Below the pieces are notes generated by a model. That model saw only the letters and a program-made list of their open reading frames with translations. It had not been told where the DNA came from and did not search any database. DNA of 64,000 nt from a virus (taxonomy: Duplodnaviria > Caudoviricetes): positions 1 to 64,000 of IMG/VR virus record IMGVR_UViG_3300021387_000106. The stretch is one strand, 5' to 3'. Below, in pieces: positions 28,248-37,591 of the stretch. A program made the position numbers and the translations under genes. Position 1 is the first letter of the stretch, and each line of letters begins with the position of its first letter.

Positions 28248-28595
28248 CTAAAGCCCTGCTGCCACTTTCATAGCTTCGAGCTTGACAATTCTTTTGTTTC
28301 GGGATGCAAGAAACTTATCGTATTCCTCTTGCAACTTATAAGCATCGAAATAGATGTTACTCTGTTTCTCGTCACCACTCTTGATGTGCGTAAAATGGTC
28401 TTTAATATCTCTCATGGTACGGCGTGAGATACCAAGAATATCTGCTGCAACCTTTGAGTTAATCCACTGGCTCTGAGTCTTACCCTTTTGTAACTTCTGC
28501 TGTGCCTTTGCGTACTCCAGCATCCACTGAGGGTTAGATAACTGCTCTTCTACGATGTAGCAAGCCAGTTTGCGTAGTTCATTATCCGTCATCAT
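28248..28595 (-). CDS. Excisionase-like HTH DNA-binding protein
   Basis: WINSKVAADILGISRRTMR. Confidence 0.65.
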   Translation of the reverse strand: MMTDNELRKLACYIVEEQLSNPQWMLEYAKAQQKLQKGKTQSQWINSKVAADILGISRRTMRDIKDHFTHIKSGDEKQSNIYFDAYKLQEEYDKFLASRNKRIVKLEAMKVAAGL

Positions 28596-28616
28596 AGGTT
28601 AGTGGTGTTATGTAGT

Positions 28617-29315
28617 TTACTGAAACTTCACGTTAGGGTAGTATTGTGTAAACACTTCCAAGAGTACACCATCAGGATAGGTCTTAACCATTCCAAAGCG
28701 AGGATCTTCAACACGACCCATTTCAAAGCCGTATTTCTTGCACTTATTGGTAGCAACTCTACCAAGTACCGATGCACGTTCCAATGGAACTCTGATTCCG
28801 AATCGGTTAGCGTAACCAACGATAGTAGTATATGGTAACTGAGTTACGGTACGTCTCTCAATTTCGGCAATTCGCTGTTCAGTTTCACCTACCTTGCTTT
28901 CAATAGCATTAACTCGACGTTCCTGCTCTACCAACTGTTGCGCACACATCAACAACATTTCTGCGCCAGTCTTAGGCATAGGAACATTACTCTGCTGCTG
29001 TTTGGCCATTGGTGTAGCCTTACCAGTTTCCAGTTCTTCCCAACGGACAACTAATTTGGCTCTTGCTTCATCATTGAACTTCGTAGCCACAAACAACGTC
29101 TCATTCTTACTAAGGTGATAACAAGGCAAAGTGCGACCTGACTTGTCTTTGTAATCACTGAGCCTAAAATTCCGCCCAGTAACTTTCTTCCAAGCCTTTT
29201 CCATATTGCGGATGGAATACAGAACGTCCTTGTGACGTTTATTGGTAGCCTTGGCTATTTCGAGGCTACTCATAGTCTGCTGACTATCTCCGAACTGAAT
29301 TAAACCTTGATCCAT
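28617..29315 (-). CDS. Rha-family regulator/antirepressor
   Basis: MSSLEIA...HKDVL..IR...Y.DKSGRTLPCY.L...KFNDEARAKLVVRWEELE. Confidence 0.88.
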   Translation of the reverse strand: MDQGLIQFGDSQQTMSSLEIAKATNKRHKDVLYSIRNMEKAWKKVTGRNFRLSDYKDKSGRTLPCYHLSKNETLFVATKFNDEARAKLVVRWEELETGKATPMAKQQQSNVPMPKTGAEMLLMCAQQLVEQERRVNAIESKVGETEQRIAEIERRTVTQLPYTTIVGYANRFGIRVPLERASVLGRVATNKCKKYGFEMGRVEDPRFGMVKTYPDGVLLEVFTQYYPNVKFQ

Positions 29316-29332
29316 ACCTACTACGTTTTAAG

Positions 29333-29566
29333 TTAGTTGCGCTTTTTCAATTCTTCTGGGCTGACAACCTCAATTCTTATGGTATTGGTATTACGATTAA
29401 TGCTAACCGTATAAGTCATACCATCCTCTCGCGGGTACATATTCTTGGTGTACGTTACGAGATTCTTTGCGGACATACAAGCCTTATAATCAGGAAGTGT
29501 CACCTCCAGCACACCGTTTTTACCGATGTTTTGAATGTCGCCTGTCGAAATTTTGTTCGCTGTCAT
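29333..29566 (-). CDS. Small early protein (Cro position)
   Basis: 77-aa first gene of the leftward operon. Confidence 0.6.
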   Translation of the reverse strand: MTANKISTGDIQNIGKNGVLEVTLPDYKACMSAKNLVTYTKNMYPREDGMTYTVSINRNTNTIRIEVVSPEELKKRN

Positions 29567-29610
29567 CTTTTACTATAATACTTAATTTTATCTAAATTCA
29601 ACCTCAAAAA

Positions 29611-29800
29611 TTGGTAGTTACCACGATTATTACTAACTTTGCAACTGTTTCAAGGATGCTCCGCTTTGTTTTTACTCGCGGGCTACCAACTTTGTTTTGG
29701 TTGTTTTTACTAATTCCGAGTGCAAATGTAGGAAATTTGGTTGATACTACCAAGAAAGTTAGGTATTATTTTAGTTTTATAAACAAATTTTTTAGGTAGT
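29611..29800. promoter_or_regulatory. Lysis/lysogeny switch region: face-to-face promoters and repeated TTGGTAG sites
   Basis: TAACTTTG (+, 29634-29641) and TACATTTG (-, 29730-29723); TTGGTAG at 29611(+), 29689(-), 29753(-); TAGGTAG at 29793(+). Confidence 0.6.
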
Positions 29801-29822
29801 AAACAATTAAATTTTTACAATT

Positions 29823-30248
29823 ATGATAGGGAATAATGAAGGTTTGGTATTGAGAATCACGGAGTTAGTAACAGATTCAGGGTTTAAAAAGAGCAAGTTT
29901 GCAAATGAGGTCGGAATTGACCCTTCTAACTTTGGCAAGAAGTTAGATGGCAAGTTGAAGTTTACAGATTCAGACCTGAAACTTATTATCAACTATACCA
30001 ATGTCCGCATGGTTTGGCTTTTGACTGGTGAAGGTGATAAGTTTGAGGACAACGAAAGTAGGATGGACGAAAATCCGACACTCGTAACTGAGTCCACTGG
30101 AGAGTTCAATATGAACGTTCAGGAAGAAATCATTAGACTTACCATGCTGATGACAGCCAATGACGAAATCATCAACTCCAAGCGTGCTGAAAACGAGAAC
30201 ATCATGAAGCGGCTTAACGCACTTTGTACAATCCTCAAAAACAAGTAA
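29823..30248 (+). CDS. CI-like XRE HTH repressor
   Basis: KKSKFANEVGIDPSNF...V...WLLTGEG; divergent from the early operon. Confidence 0.85.
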   Translation: MIGNNEGLVLRITELVTDSGFKKSKFANEVGIDPSNFGKKLDGKLKFTDSDLKLIINYTNVRMVWLLTGEGDKFEDNESRMDENPTLVTESTGEFNMNVQEEIIRLTMLMTANDEIINSKRAENENIMKRLNALCTILKNK

Positions 30249-30250
30249 TC

Positions 30251-30433
30251 ATGAGTCGGGAAGAATTGGTTGCGCAACTCAAAGAGTTCGGAATATATGA
30301 CAAGTTGGTTAGCGAATACAGAGAGTCACATATCGGCAATATACCCAAAACAGCTATTCAGTCAAGATTTCAAGAGTTACTTACAAAGTATAACCTTGAA
30401 TATGAGGAAGTTAGAGATATTATTGGTATGTGA
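30251..30433 (+). CDS. Small hypothetical protein
   Basis: MSREELVAQLK..., immediately after the repressor. Confidence 0.45.
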   Translation: MSREELVAQLKEFGIYDKLVSEYRESHIGNIPKTAIQSRFQELLTKYNLEYEEVRDIIGM

Positions 30434-30444
30434 TATGATTATTT

Positions 30445-30810
30445 GGTACAAATTACCAATTAATTACCAAAGCAATTATAGCGTTTGCTATCATTCTGAT
30501 TATCAGTTTGGTAGCTATGCTTTCGTTGATTCCCTTACCGACTACTTTCTGGGGCAACTATGCCCCATTTTTTGCGTCTGTAAATCAACGAGTTATGATG
30601 CTAAGTGCTTAAAAACCAGTAATTTAAGGGAATTTCCGAGACCGCCAAACATGAACATATATAACTCCATATCGGCACATATAACGGCTTATAGTAATAC
30701 CGAATGTATTACCTCGAAGCCCAAAATGTATTACCTTTCATCGGTTTATAAAGATGCAGACAAAGTATTTGTGCTGAAAATCAACAACTTACAAGATGTA
30801 TTACCTCAAA
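30445..30810. other. Putative attP with arm-type repeats
   Basis: AATTACCAA x2 (30451, 30462); ATGTATTACCT x3 (30704, 30726, 30796); tRNA-3'-like GATTCCCTTACCGACTAC at 30528-30545; directly upstream of the integrase. Confidence 0.55.
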
Positions 30811-30824
30811 TAAATAGATAAAAC

Positions 30825-32003
30825 ATGAACGTACCTATTATAAAATTTATTTTTGACCGCAAACATTCGGCAACAAAAGATAAAAAAGGAGTTATAGAAT
30901 TGCGTATTTCATACAACAGAAAGCAGAAATATGCCAGTACTGGTATCTCCTGCTATCCCGGTCAATGGGATGCAAAGCAGGAATCCATTAACCACCAATG
31001 CCTCGAATATACTGAACTCAACGCATTGCTTCTAAAGATAAAGCAGAAAGCGTTAAAGGTTATCGGCAAGATGGTTGATGAAGATAACATAGACATAGAA
31101 GCCATTCCAACACTCCTAAAGGGAAATTCCACAGATATAACATTCGATAAGTACATACGCGAGCGTATGCGTAAGAAGCAAGTATCTGACTATACCAAGA
31201 AAGCCTATCATGTATTCTACTCCAGGTTCGTTGAATGGGGAGGCATGAAATTCTTCTCTGATGTCAATGAGCGCAAGGTTCGTGATTGGGATGAATACCT
31301 TCACTCTTTCAGTTGGAAGGTAAAGGACAAATACAACAAAGACGTAACCAAGAAATACTCTCAGGCTACTATTGGCTCCATGCACAAGAATCTCAAAGCC
31401 TTCATCAATGATGCAATTGTAGATGGCTACCTCAGAGAGAATCCGTATATTGCCAAGCGCATCAAGATTGATAAGGGCAGTACCAGAATAGACAAGTTCC
31501 TGACTATTGAGGAAATCAATGCCATTGAGAAAGCAGAAATGCCTACCCTCTCGCTGTCAGAAGCAAGAGATTTGTTCCTGATTCAGGTTTATACTGGTTT
31601 GTCTTTCGTGGATCTGATGGAATATGACTTCACACCATGCAAAGGCGCAAAGGACTATGCCGTATTCAGTGGCTATCGCTCAAAGACTGGTGTACTGTTC
31701 ACCTTTGTACTCACTCCAAAGGCAAAGGCGATTCTTGAACGCTACGACTATTGTATGCCAAAGTTACCCAATCAGAAGTACAATGTGAAACTGAAACTGG
31801 TTGCAGATGCCGCTAAAATTGACAAAGCACCTACCTCTCATGATGGCAGACGTTCATGTGGCTATATGCTCCTGAACGCAGGAGTACCAATAGGCATTGT
31901 CAGCAGGATTTTAGGACACTCCAGTATCAAGCAGACCGAACAGGCCTATGCCCGGTACTTGGACTCTACGATTGCCGATGAAATAAAGAAGCGTATAAAA
32001 TAA
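30825..32003 (+). CDS. Tyrosine integrase (Bacteroidetes Arm-DNA-binding + SAM-like + catalytic domains)
   Basis: IFDRK...IELRISYNRKQKY.STG; YTGL, R.KT, SHDGRRS, LGHSSI..T...Y. Confidence 0.93.
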   Translation: MNVPIIKFIFDRKHSATKDKKGVIELRISYNRKQKYASTGISCYPGQWDAKQESINHQCLEYTELNALLLKIKQKALKVIGKMVDEDNIDIEAIPTLLKGNSTDITFDKYIRERMRKKQVSDYTKKAYHVFYSRFVEWGGMKFFSDVNERKVRDWDEYLHSFSWKVKDKYNKDVTKKYSQATIGSMHKNLKAFINDAIVDGYLRENPYIAKRIKIDKGSTRIDKFLTIEEINAIEKAEMPTLSLSEARDLFLIQVYTGLSFVDLMEYDFTPCKGAKDYAVFSGYRSKTGVLFTFVLTPKAKAILERYDYCMPKLPNQKYNVKLKLVADAAKIDKAPTSHDGRRSCGYMLLNAGVPIGIVSRILGHSSIKQTEQAYARYLDSTIADEIKKRIK

Positions 32004-32124
32004 CTCGAAAAATGCGCATAATTTCGGGCTGATTTTGTGCGTTTTACATATTTCGTGGCACATTTTATACATATTTCGGAACGTTTTTTCAAAGAATCGG
32101 AACAAAAACGGTACATTTTGGAAC

Positions 32125-32164
32125 AAAAAGAAAGAGTGGGCGATTTCTCAAACCCACTCTTTTT
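32125..32164. terminator. Bidirectional intrinsic terminator
   Basis: aaagagtggg-loop-cccactcttt with A and T runs on either side. Confidence 0.6.
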
Positions 32165-32283
32165 CATTCGCAGAGCGTGAGAGTCACCATGAAAATCGCG
32201 CTCCGAAAGTCAGTGTGACTACACATGACAGATTTTTTCAGACTTCGTATTCCTACGGTTGCTGAGCTGATTAGTGGAGAGGA

Positions 32284-32364
32284 TTACGGCTTTCCGTGCC
32301 GCCTCGTCCAGTAGTTCAGGTATATGCCTATGACAATCAATAGCCCAAAGAACACATAATTCAT
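32284..32364 (-). CDS. 26-aa membrane peptide (not in ORF track)
   Basis: MNYVFFGLLIVIGIYLNYWTRRHGKP; TATCTTTG promoter box at 32376-32369 just upstream. Confidence 0.5.
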   Translation of the reverse strand: MNYVFFGLLIVIGIYLNYWTRRHGKP

Positions 32365-32494
32365 GCCGCAAAGATACGATAAACTTTCCGATAAAACACT
32401 ACTTTTTCCGATAAACTTTCCGATTTGAGACTAAAATCTACAATTTTTCGCTAAAATTATATAGTGGAAAATACAACTTTTCTCGAAAATTATA

Positions 32495-32580
32495 TATCTT
32501 TGCACCAGAATATTTTCATAGTATTAGATTTAAGGTTAACAAAAGATTATTTTTAAGGACTCGGCGGAGTCCTTTTTTTT
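32495..32580 (+). ncRNA. Candidate ~75-nt sRNA with its own promoter and terminator
   Basis: TATCTTTG at 32495-32502; aaggactc-ggcg-gagtcctt plus T-run at 32555-32580; no ORF between. Confidence 0.5.
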
Positions 32581-32926
32581 ATTCCTTGAAATTAACGCTC
32601 AACTCTTTGCCAGTAAGCATGAAGATGACATTCTGAAAGTCATGCAGATAGCGGACAACGAATTTGTTATCAATAATCACCTTGAATTTATGGAACAGTT
32701 CATCTTGTTCAATGGTCTCTATACTGCCAATTATTTCAACTGGCAACGATACGGACTTCATTACCTCAGATGACAACTCTACTGGCTCGACGTCATGGCT
32801 CCTGGCATAACGTTCACCATAGGCATGAGGCGCAAAGCCAATCTTATGCTGAGTAATGCCATTAACCTTCACAATCTCACCATCCACCATAACGTAGTTA
32901 CCTAAACGCAATTCTCTTGTATTCAT
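32579..32926 (-). CDS. Phage protein of the 'ELxIGxxV' family
   Basis: MNTRELRLGNYV...YLHDFQN; similar to ORFs at 39533 and 39982. Confidence 0.65.
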   Translation of the reverse strand: MNTRELRLGNYVMVDGEIVKVNGITQHKIGFAPHAYGERYARSHDVEPVELSSEVMKSVSLPVEIIGSIETIEQDELFHKFKVIIDNKFVVRYLHDFQNVIFMLTGKELSVNFKE

Positions 32927-33357
32927 ACGCTGCCCTCCAATTCAGGAATAACACCTTCCCAATCCCAAATGCCAAGCTGACCTTTGACATTCACGATTGG
33001 CTTCTTAAACCATATCTGATTCTCACAGACCCAATGCCACATTCCTTTCTCAGCCCATTCGGACGGATGCTCATTCTCGCAATCAACGAGCTTCACACAA
33101 CCGACAATGGCAGAATAGTTCAAATCGGGCTGCATATCGCACAAATCGGCTTCTGCAAGGATTTTCTGATAGATGCCAGTAAACACTCCGCGAGTCTGAT
33201 TGCGAAGATATGGAACAATATCATGCACCTTCGCACTGGCATGGATCAATAACAGCCCACGATAATTCGTGCGCCTGCTTCGATTCTCTACGTCCTTATA
33301 CCCTTTTACTATCAGATTGGCATAGGGTTGTCTTACGGATAATACTTTGTACTTCAT
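32923..33357 (-). CDS. ASCH domain protein
   Basis: LSVRQPYA.LI..G.KDVENR...YRG.LLIHA...KGQLGIW. Confidence 0.9.
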   Translation of the reverse strand: MKYKVLSVRQPYANLIVKGYKDVENRSRRTNYRGLLLIHASAKVHDIVPYLRNQTRGVFTGIYQKILAEADLCDMQPDLNYSAIVGCVKLVDCENEHPSEWAEKGMWHWVCENQIWFKKPIVNVKGQLGIWDWEGVIPELEGSV

Positions 33358-34258
33358 ATCTTATATTTTAATAATTCTCTTGTCATCCTTTTCACCTCCT
33401 TTAGGTCAAATATTCTTCGAACCTTACCAAGTTTCGGCAGATGCCTTACCTCGTCAGTCATATATCCCTGAATGAATCTCCCGTCATCGAATTTCACTTT
33501 TAGGTTAAATTCATTGTGAATGTCGAATCCGCAGACCTGACCTATTTCGCGATAATGGCTGTTATGAACACGTATCACAACAAGATCGCCAATCTTATAT
33601 TCATCCTTTGCTTTTTTCATATTATAAGTTTTCTTTCTTTTCCAATCCCAATCGGAAACTTAGAATTTCAGTTATGTCATCAAAGTCTTTTATATAACCT
33701 TCATAAGCAGTTTCCCATTCATATACAGACATCAAAAAAACTTCAATTTTAATTTGTTGCCCCTGCTGATTTGGTATAAATACCCAAACACGGAACTTTC
33801 CACTCCAAAAACTATCTCCAAAAGGTTTAGTTAAGCTCTGAAAATCTTCTGTTTCCCATACACCTATATTTGCACCATGTCCTTTGTACTCAAATTCAGG
33901 GAAATTTGATTTGAGTATGTTTGCGACATTATTTCTGATTGTTTCGTATTTCGTCATATCAATCTTTTGGTATTAATTCATTCGCCATTTTCATTTTCTC
34001 TTCATGTGAGAGCGTACTCCAACAACTTTTGCAAAAAACATATTCGCCACCAATATCACCGCCATAGTTGCTTCTTTTATTCAACGAAGGTGGCTGTACT
34101 GGTGTGTGGCACTTATGACAACGGCAGGAACAACTCTCGATGAACTTTGCAAACTCGATGGCAGCAAGCCAGCCGCTTACGAAAGTGGAATTTGCGCCCA
34201 AATGAGCGTTTATTCTCGCTTTTTCGAGTTCTTCAAAAGACAAATCGGCAATTTTCAT
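33354..34258 (-). CDS. Three small hypothetical ORFs (33354-33620, 33622-33957, 33959-34258; the last has Cys/Zn motifs)
   Basis: Tightly packed co-oriented ORFs. Confidence 0.55.
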
Positions 34259-34809
34259 ATTTTGTTATTAAAATTTTGATTCAAAGCCTTTAATACTATA
34301 ATTATTAATTAAAAATTTATTTAATAGGCTACAAGGAGAGGTGCGAAGAAGAGAGGGTTTGCCCTTACCCGAAAGATTAAAAAAATCAATCGGCTCCCTT
34401 CTCGAAAATTCAGGCTGACAATCGTCGGCGCATCGTTTCGGCAGTTAAGAGGATTAATCTCCCACTTGCTGACTGGTTTTTCGGAATTATCTCCGCCGTA
34501 CTCGCATCCAGTCTCAGGTTTTGCGATTTCCCATGTACTTTCCCGCGCAGGATAAAATGTGAGTTGCGGTGTTTCGTTGCCGTCTCTGCTCACAAGTTGG
34601 GGTGGCTAAAAAAAGCGAAACCCCGCAAAAGGTAGAGAGTCATTTGCAGGGTTTCTATATCATGTGCCGAAGCCTTGATATTCAATGATGTCTGCATCGT
34701 CTCTACTCGATTGCAATGCAAAAGTACGAGTTATTTACGAGCCTTATAGTATGTAAACTCTCAAATCTCGTCATTTGAGTCTTTATGCCAGACTTTCATG
34801 ATTGCGTCG

Positions 34810-35067
34810 CAAAAGTAAGAAATAATTCGGTCCCTTCCAAATGCGAAAAAAATGTACTTTAACAAATATGTATATATAACGTCATATAACGTCATATACG
34901 CCATATAACATTTAACTTTCGTAAGATAGTTTATTGTTTCAATGGTGTTTATGTTAATGTGAGTTAAAGTTTCGTCATATAACGTCATATAACGTCATGT
35001 ATGTATTTATATGATTTTTCCTTTACAAAACAAGATTTGGAAGTTTGAAATTAAGCTCGTATATTTG
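34810..35067. promoter_or_regulatory. Divergent Bacteroidetes sigma-A promoters
   Basis: TTTG-N20-TACTTTTG on - (34841-34810) and TTTG-N20-TATATTTG on + (35036-35067). Confidence 0.7.
34872..35000. repeat. Two clusters of 10-bp tandem repeats (CATATAACGT)
   Basis: tatataacgtcatataacgtcatatacgccatataac (~34873-34909) and cgtcatataacgtcatataacgtcat (~34973-34998). Confidence 0.85.
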
Positions 35068-35197
35068 CAGCCGAAAGTCCGATTGGTGGTACTCTCGGAG
35101 AATTAAGTAGAAATATTGAGGGAATTGAACTGGAAGGGATAGAGTACCACAAAATTATCTCCGAAGGTTCTTTTTCCTCATTTTATTAATTAAGGGT

Positions 35198-36001
35198 ATG
35201 GATAAAAAGACTATTACCAAGTTTAAGAGTTTCCTCAACAGCAGAGGTGCAGGAACAATGTATTTCGGATTCTACAAGGAATACCGACATAGTGACAACC
35301 AAGAGGACGTTGAAGATTTCCTCGCTATCGTTCCTGCGAAGTTCGCAATCTCATGGGCATTTGATTACGAGAAGATAGGAAACAAGATGTTCGGTGCAAA
35401 GTACTGGAATGACCTCGATGCGAAATGGAAACTCGCACTCGATGACAAGAGAAAGACATTTACCGTTCCTGGTATCGACAAGGCAGAGCGTGAGATTAAG
35501 CGTGAGGAAAGAGAGAATAAGGCAGTAGTCAATAACACCAAGCCAGCACCTACCAAAGTCGTAGAAAACGATTGGTCGGGCATGATGGACTTGGTGGAAG
35601 TAAAGACAACCATAACTAAAAAAAGAGCATGGCAGCAGCCTGACGAAAACGAGATAAGGCTGACTACCAAGAAAGGCTCTATTGTTATCATCAACTCTGA
35701 GGTATCGAAGATTTGTGATGATAACGGCTTTGATTCAATGGCACTCAATGTTGACAAGAATACTAATCGCATGGTACTGGTGTTCGGTAAGGGCTTTGAC
35801 TACAATGTTAGAGAGTATTCGGCTGACACGAAGATTGTTCAGCACAAGTCACTCGGTGAGTACATGAAGAAATATGTTGATGTAGAGTTTGACCCTAACA
35901 AGGCTTACTTCATCAAGATTGCACAGCGTATGTTCAATAAGACGCATACCCAATATGCAGTAGTTCTCTCCACTCGTTTCACCACTAAGGATAATGCGTA
36001 A
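35198..36001 (+). CDS. Hypothetical protein
   Basis: 267-aa first gene of the rightward operon. Confidence 0.7.
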   Translation: MDKKTITKFKSFLNSRGAGTMYFGFYKEYRHSDNQEDVEDFLAIVPAKFAISWAFDYEKIGNKMFGAKYWNDLDAKWKLALDDKRKTFTVPGIDKAEREIKREERENKAVVNNTKPAPTKVVENDWSGMMDLVEVKTTITKKRAWQQPDENEIRLTTKKGSIVIINSEVSKICDDNGFDSMALNVDKNTNRMVLVFGKGFDYNVREYSADTKIVQHKSLGEYMKKYVDVEFDPNKAYFIKIAQRMFNKTHTQYAVVLSTRFTTKDNA

Positions 36002-36300
36002 TGAGAATCAAGACTTATGGAATTGAGTACGTTGTCTCTTTCAGACGTGGTACTGACACTCAGGTAACAGAGATTATTGAAGCTACTGGAGATAAGGAAG
36101 TGAAGAATCTCTTCTATGACACATTCAAGGGCAGAACGCACAATGAGAATGAGAAAGCACCATTCGTAAAGGTAATCATTCAGTGTGTGGATCGTGTGAA
36201 GAAAGAAACAAAGGTAGTGATGAAGAATCGTATCTATAATCTTTCCCCAAGAAATGCCCGGATAGAATTTGAGAACGCAATTAAATTGTTAAATAATTAA
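36001..36300 (+). CDS. Hypothetical protein
   Basis: 99-aa ORF, TAATG overlap. Confidence 0.6.
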   Translation: MRIKTYGIEYVVSFRRGTDTQVTEIIEATGDKEVKNLFYDTFKGRTHNENEKAPFVKVIIQCVDRVKKETKVVMKNRIYNLSPRNARIEFENAIKLLNN

Positions 36301-36312
36301 GTTAAAATTGTT

Positions 36313-36549
36313 ATGAATAACGAAGAAGTGACTAAAAAGGTTTGCAATATTGTAGCAGACCAGATGTGTGAAGAAACAAGCAAGGTAAATGCCGAATCTC
36401 GTTTTAAGGAAGATTTAGGCATGGACTCTCTCGACGTAACGGAACTTGTGATGAACTGCGAACGTGAGTTCAAGGTTACTATCAATGATGAAGAATATGC
36501 AAACTTCACTACCGTTGGCGAACTCGCAAATCTGATAGCATCTAAATAA
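36313..36549 (+). CDS. acpP: Acyl carrier protein
   Basis: 78 aa, acidic; F.EDLGMDSLD.TELVM..EREF...I.DEE....TTVG with phosphopantetheine Ser. Confidence 0.88.
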   Translation: MNNEEVTKKVCNIVADQMCEETSKVNAESRFKEDLGMDSLDVTELVMNCEREFKVTINDEEYANFTTVGELANLIASK

Positions 36550-36821
36550 TGGAAAGACTGGAGAATCTAAAGGAGCAGATGGAGAAAGACGATAATCTCG
36601 TTGTCTTTGCTCTGTTCTATGATAGGGAGAATAAGAGATTCCTCGCCCACCATCAGGGCAACGAGGCTGTTATTGAGAATATGGTGCGTCATGCTGCCAC
36701 TCACAACGGATTCTTCGCTACGATGTTCCGCAAGGTATCATACTTATTCTCTCCTAAGATTCCCCATCCCTCTGCATCAGATATGGATATTTTCAACTTC
36801 TTTAAAGGATTCCATAAGTAA
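36549..36821 (+). CDS. Hypothetical protein
   Basis: 90-aa ORF coupled to ACP. Confidence 0.55.
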   Translation: MERLENLKEQMEKDDNLVVFALFYDRENKRFLAHHQGNEAVIENMVRHAATHNGFFATMFRKVSYLFSPKIPHPSASDMDIFNFFKGFHK

Positions 36822-36822
36822 T

Positions 36823-37317
36823 ATGAAACCAAACAAGAGAAACTTGGTGATGTGTCCTGATTGTGGCAGGTCGAAAATGCTCTTTGAGACAGAGCGTAAG
36901 GCTAATGACTTCATCAAATGGAATGGTGATGACATTGTGCATACAGGCACTCTCAGGTCGTACTACTGCCCCTCTTGTTGCGGATGGCATATTACTCACA
37001 TGAAACCCAGCAAGGAATACGAGAATAAGACTCAGAATCTCATTGACTCCTATCAGAGGTCTTTGAAGGTAAACCGCATGAAGAAAATAGACCATGCAAT
37101 TGCTTCAATAGATTTCGAGAAAGAGGCAAAGAAGATTTTCGATGCTATGCCTAATGACATAAAGGACTCTCAGACTAAAGGACGTATCAAAGACTATATG
37201 ACGGACTATCTGAAAAGTCATGGCATTGGTAGCCAAAGAGATTCAGGCTTGTTACGTGGTGAGGTGTATAAGGTATGGAAGAAACATTGTTTGGATAATG
37301 AAATTAAAAAGTATTGA
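36823..37317 (+). CDS. Zn-finger protein
   Basis: CPDC...K..FETE..A...YYCPSCCGWHITH; start re-called at MKPNK. Confidence 0.65.
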   Translation: MKPNKRNLVMCPDCGRSKMLFETERKANDFIKWNGDDIVHTGTLRSYYCPSCCGWHITHMKPSKEYENKTQNLIDSYQRSLKVNRMKKIDHAIASIDFEKEAKKIFDAMPNDIKDSQTKGRIKDYMTDYLKSHGIGSQRDSGLLRGEVYKVWKKHCLDNEIKKY

Positions 37318-37591
37318 CTATGTTTTTGGACGATGAATTAGAACAGATATACAAGGAGAAAGGTGTAACAACCGAATCCTCGAAAGAATTGTTGCAGACG
37401 TGTTTAAAGCGTTTGCCGAATCCTGAGAAATGTTCAAATATGACATTCTTGAATACTCTGAGGCAAATCGAAGCAAGTTGGAAACTCTTTTGCTCTCGAC
37501 ATAAAGAATACAATCCTAATGGAATCCGTGATTTTATTATGGGTCGTATGCAGTTATCGAAGAAAATATTAGAAGTGTTACACTGGTAATT

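Noticed and set aside
30270-30821. 183-aa ORF upstream of the integrase
   Set aside because: No recognisable motif, and it spans the repeat-rich att-like region; probably spurious.
34761-34988. 75-aa ORF with repeated MTLYD
   Set aside because: Translation of the 10-bp repeats and promoter region; no coding evidence.
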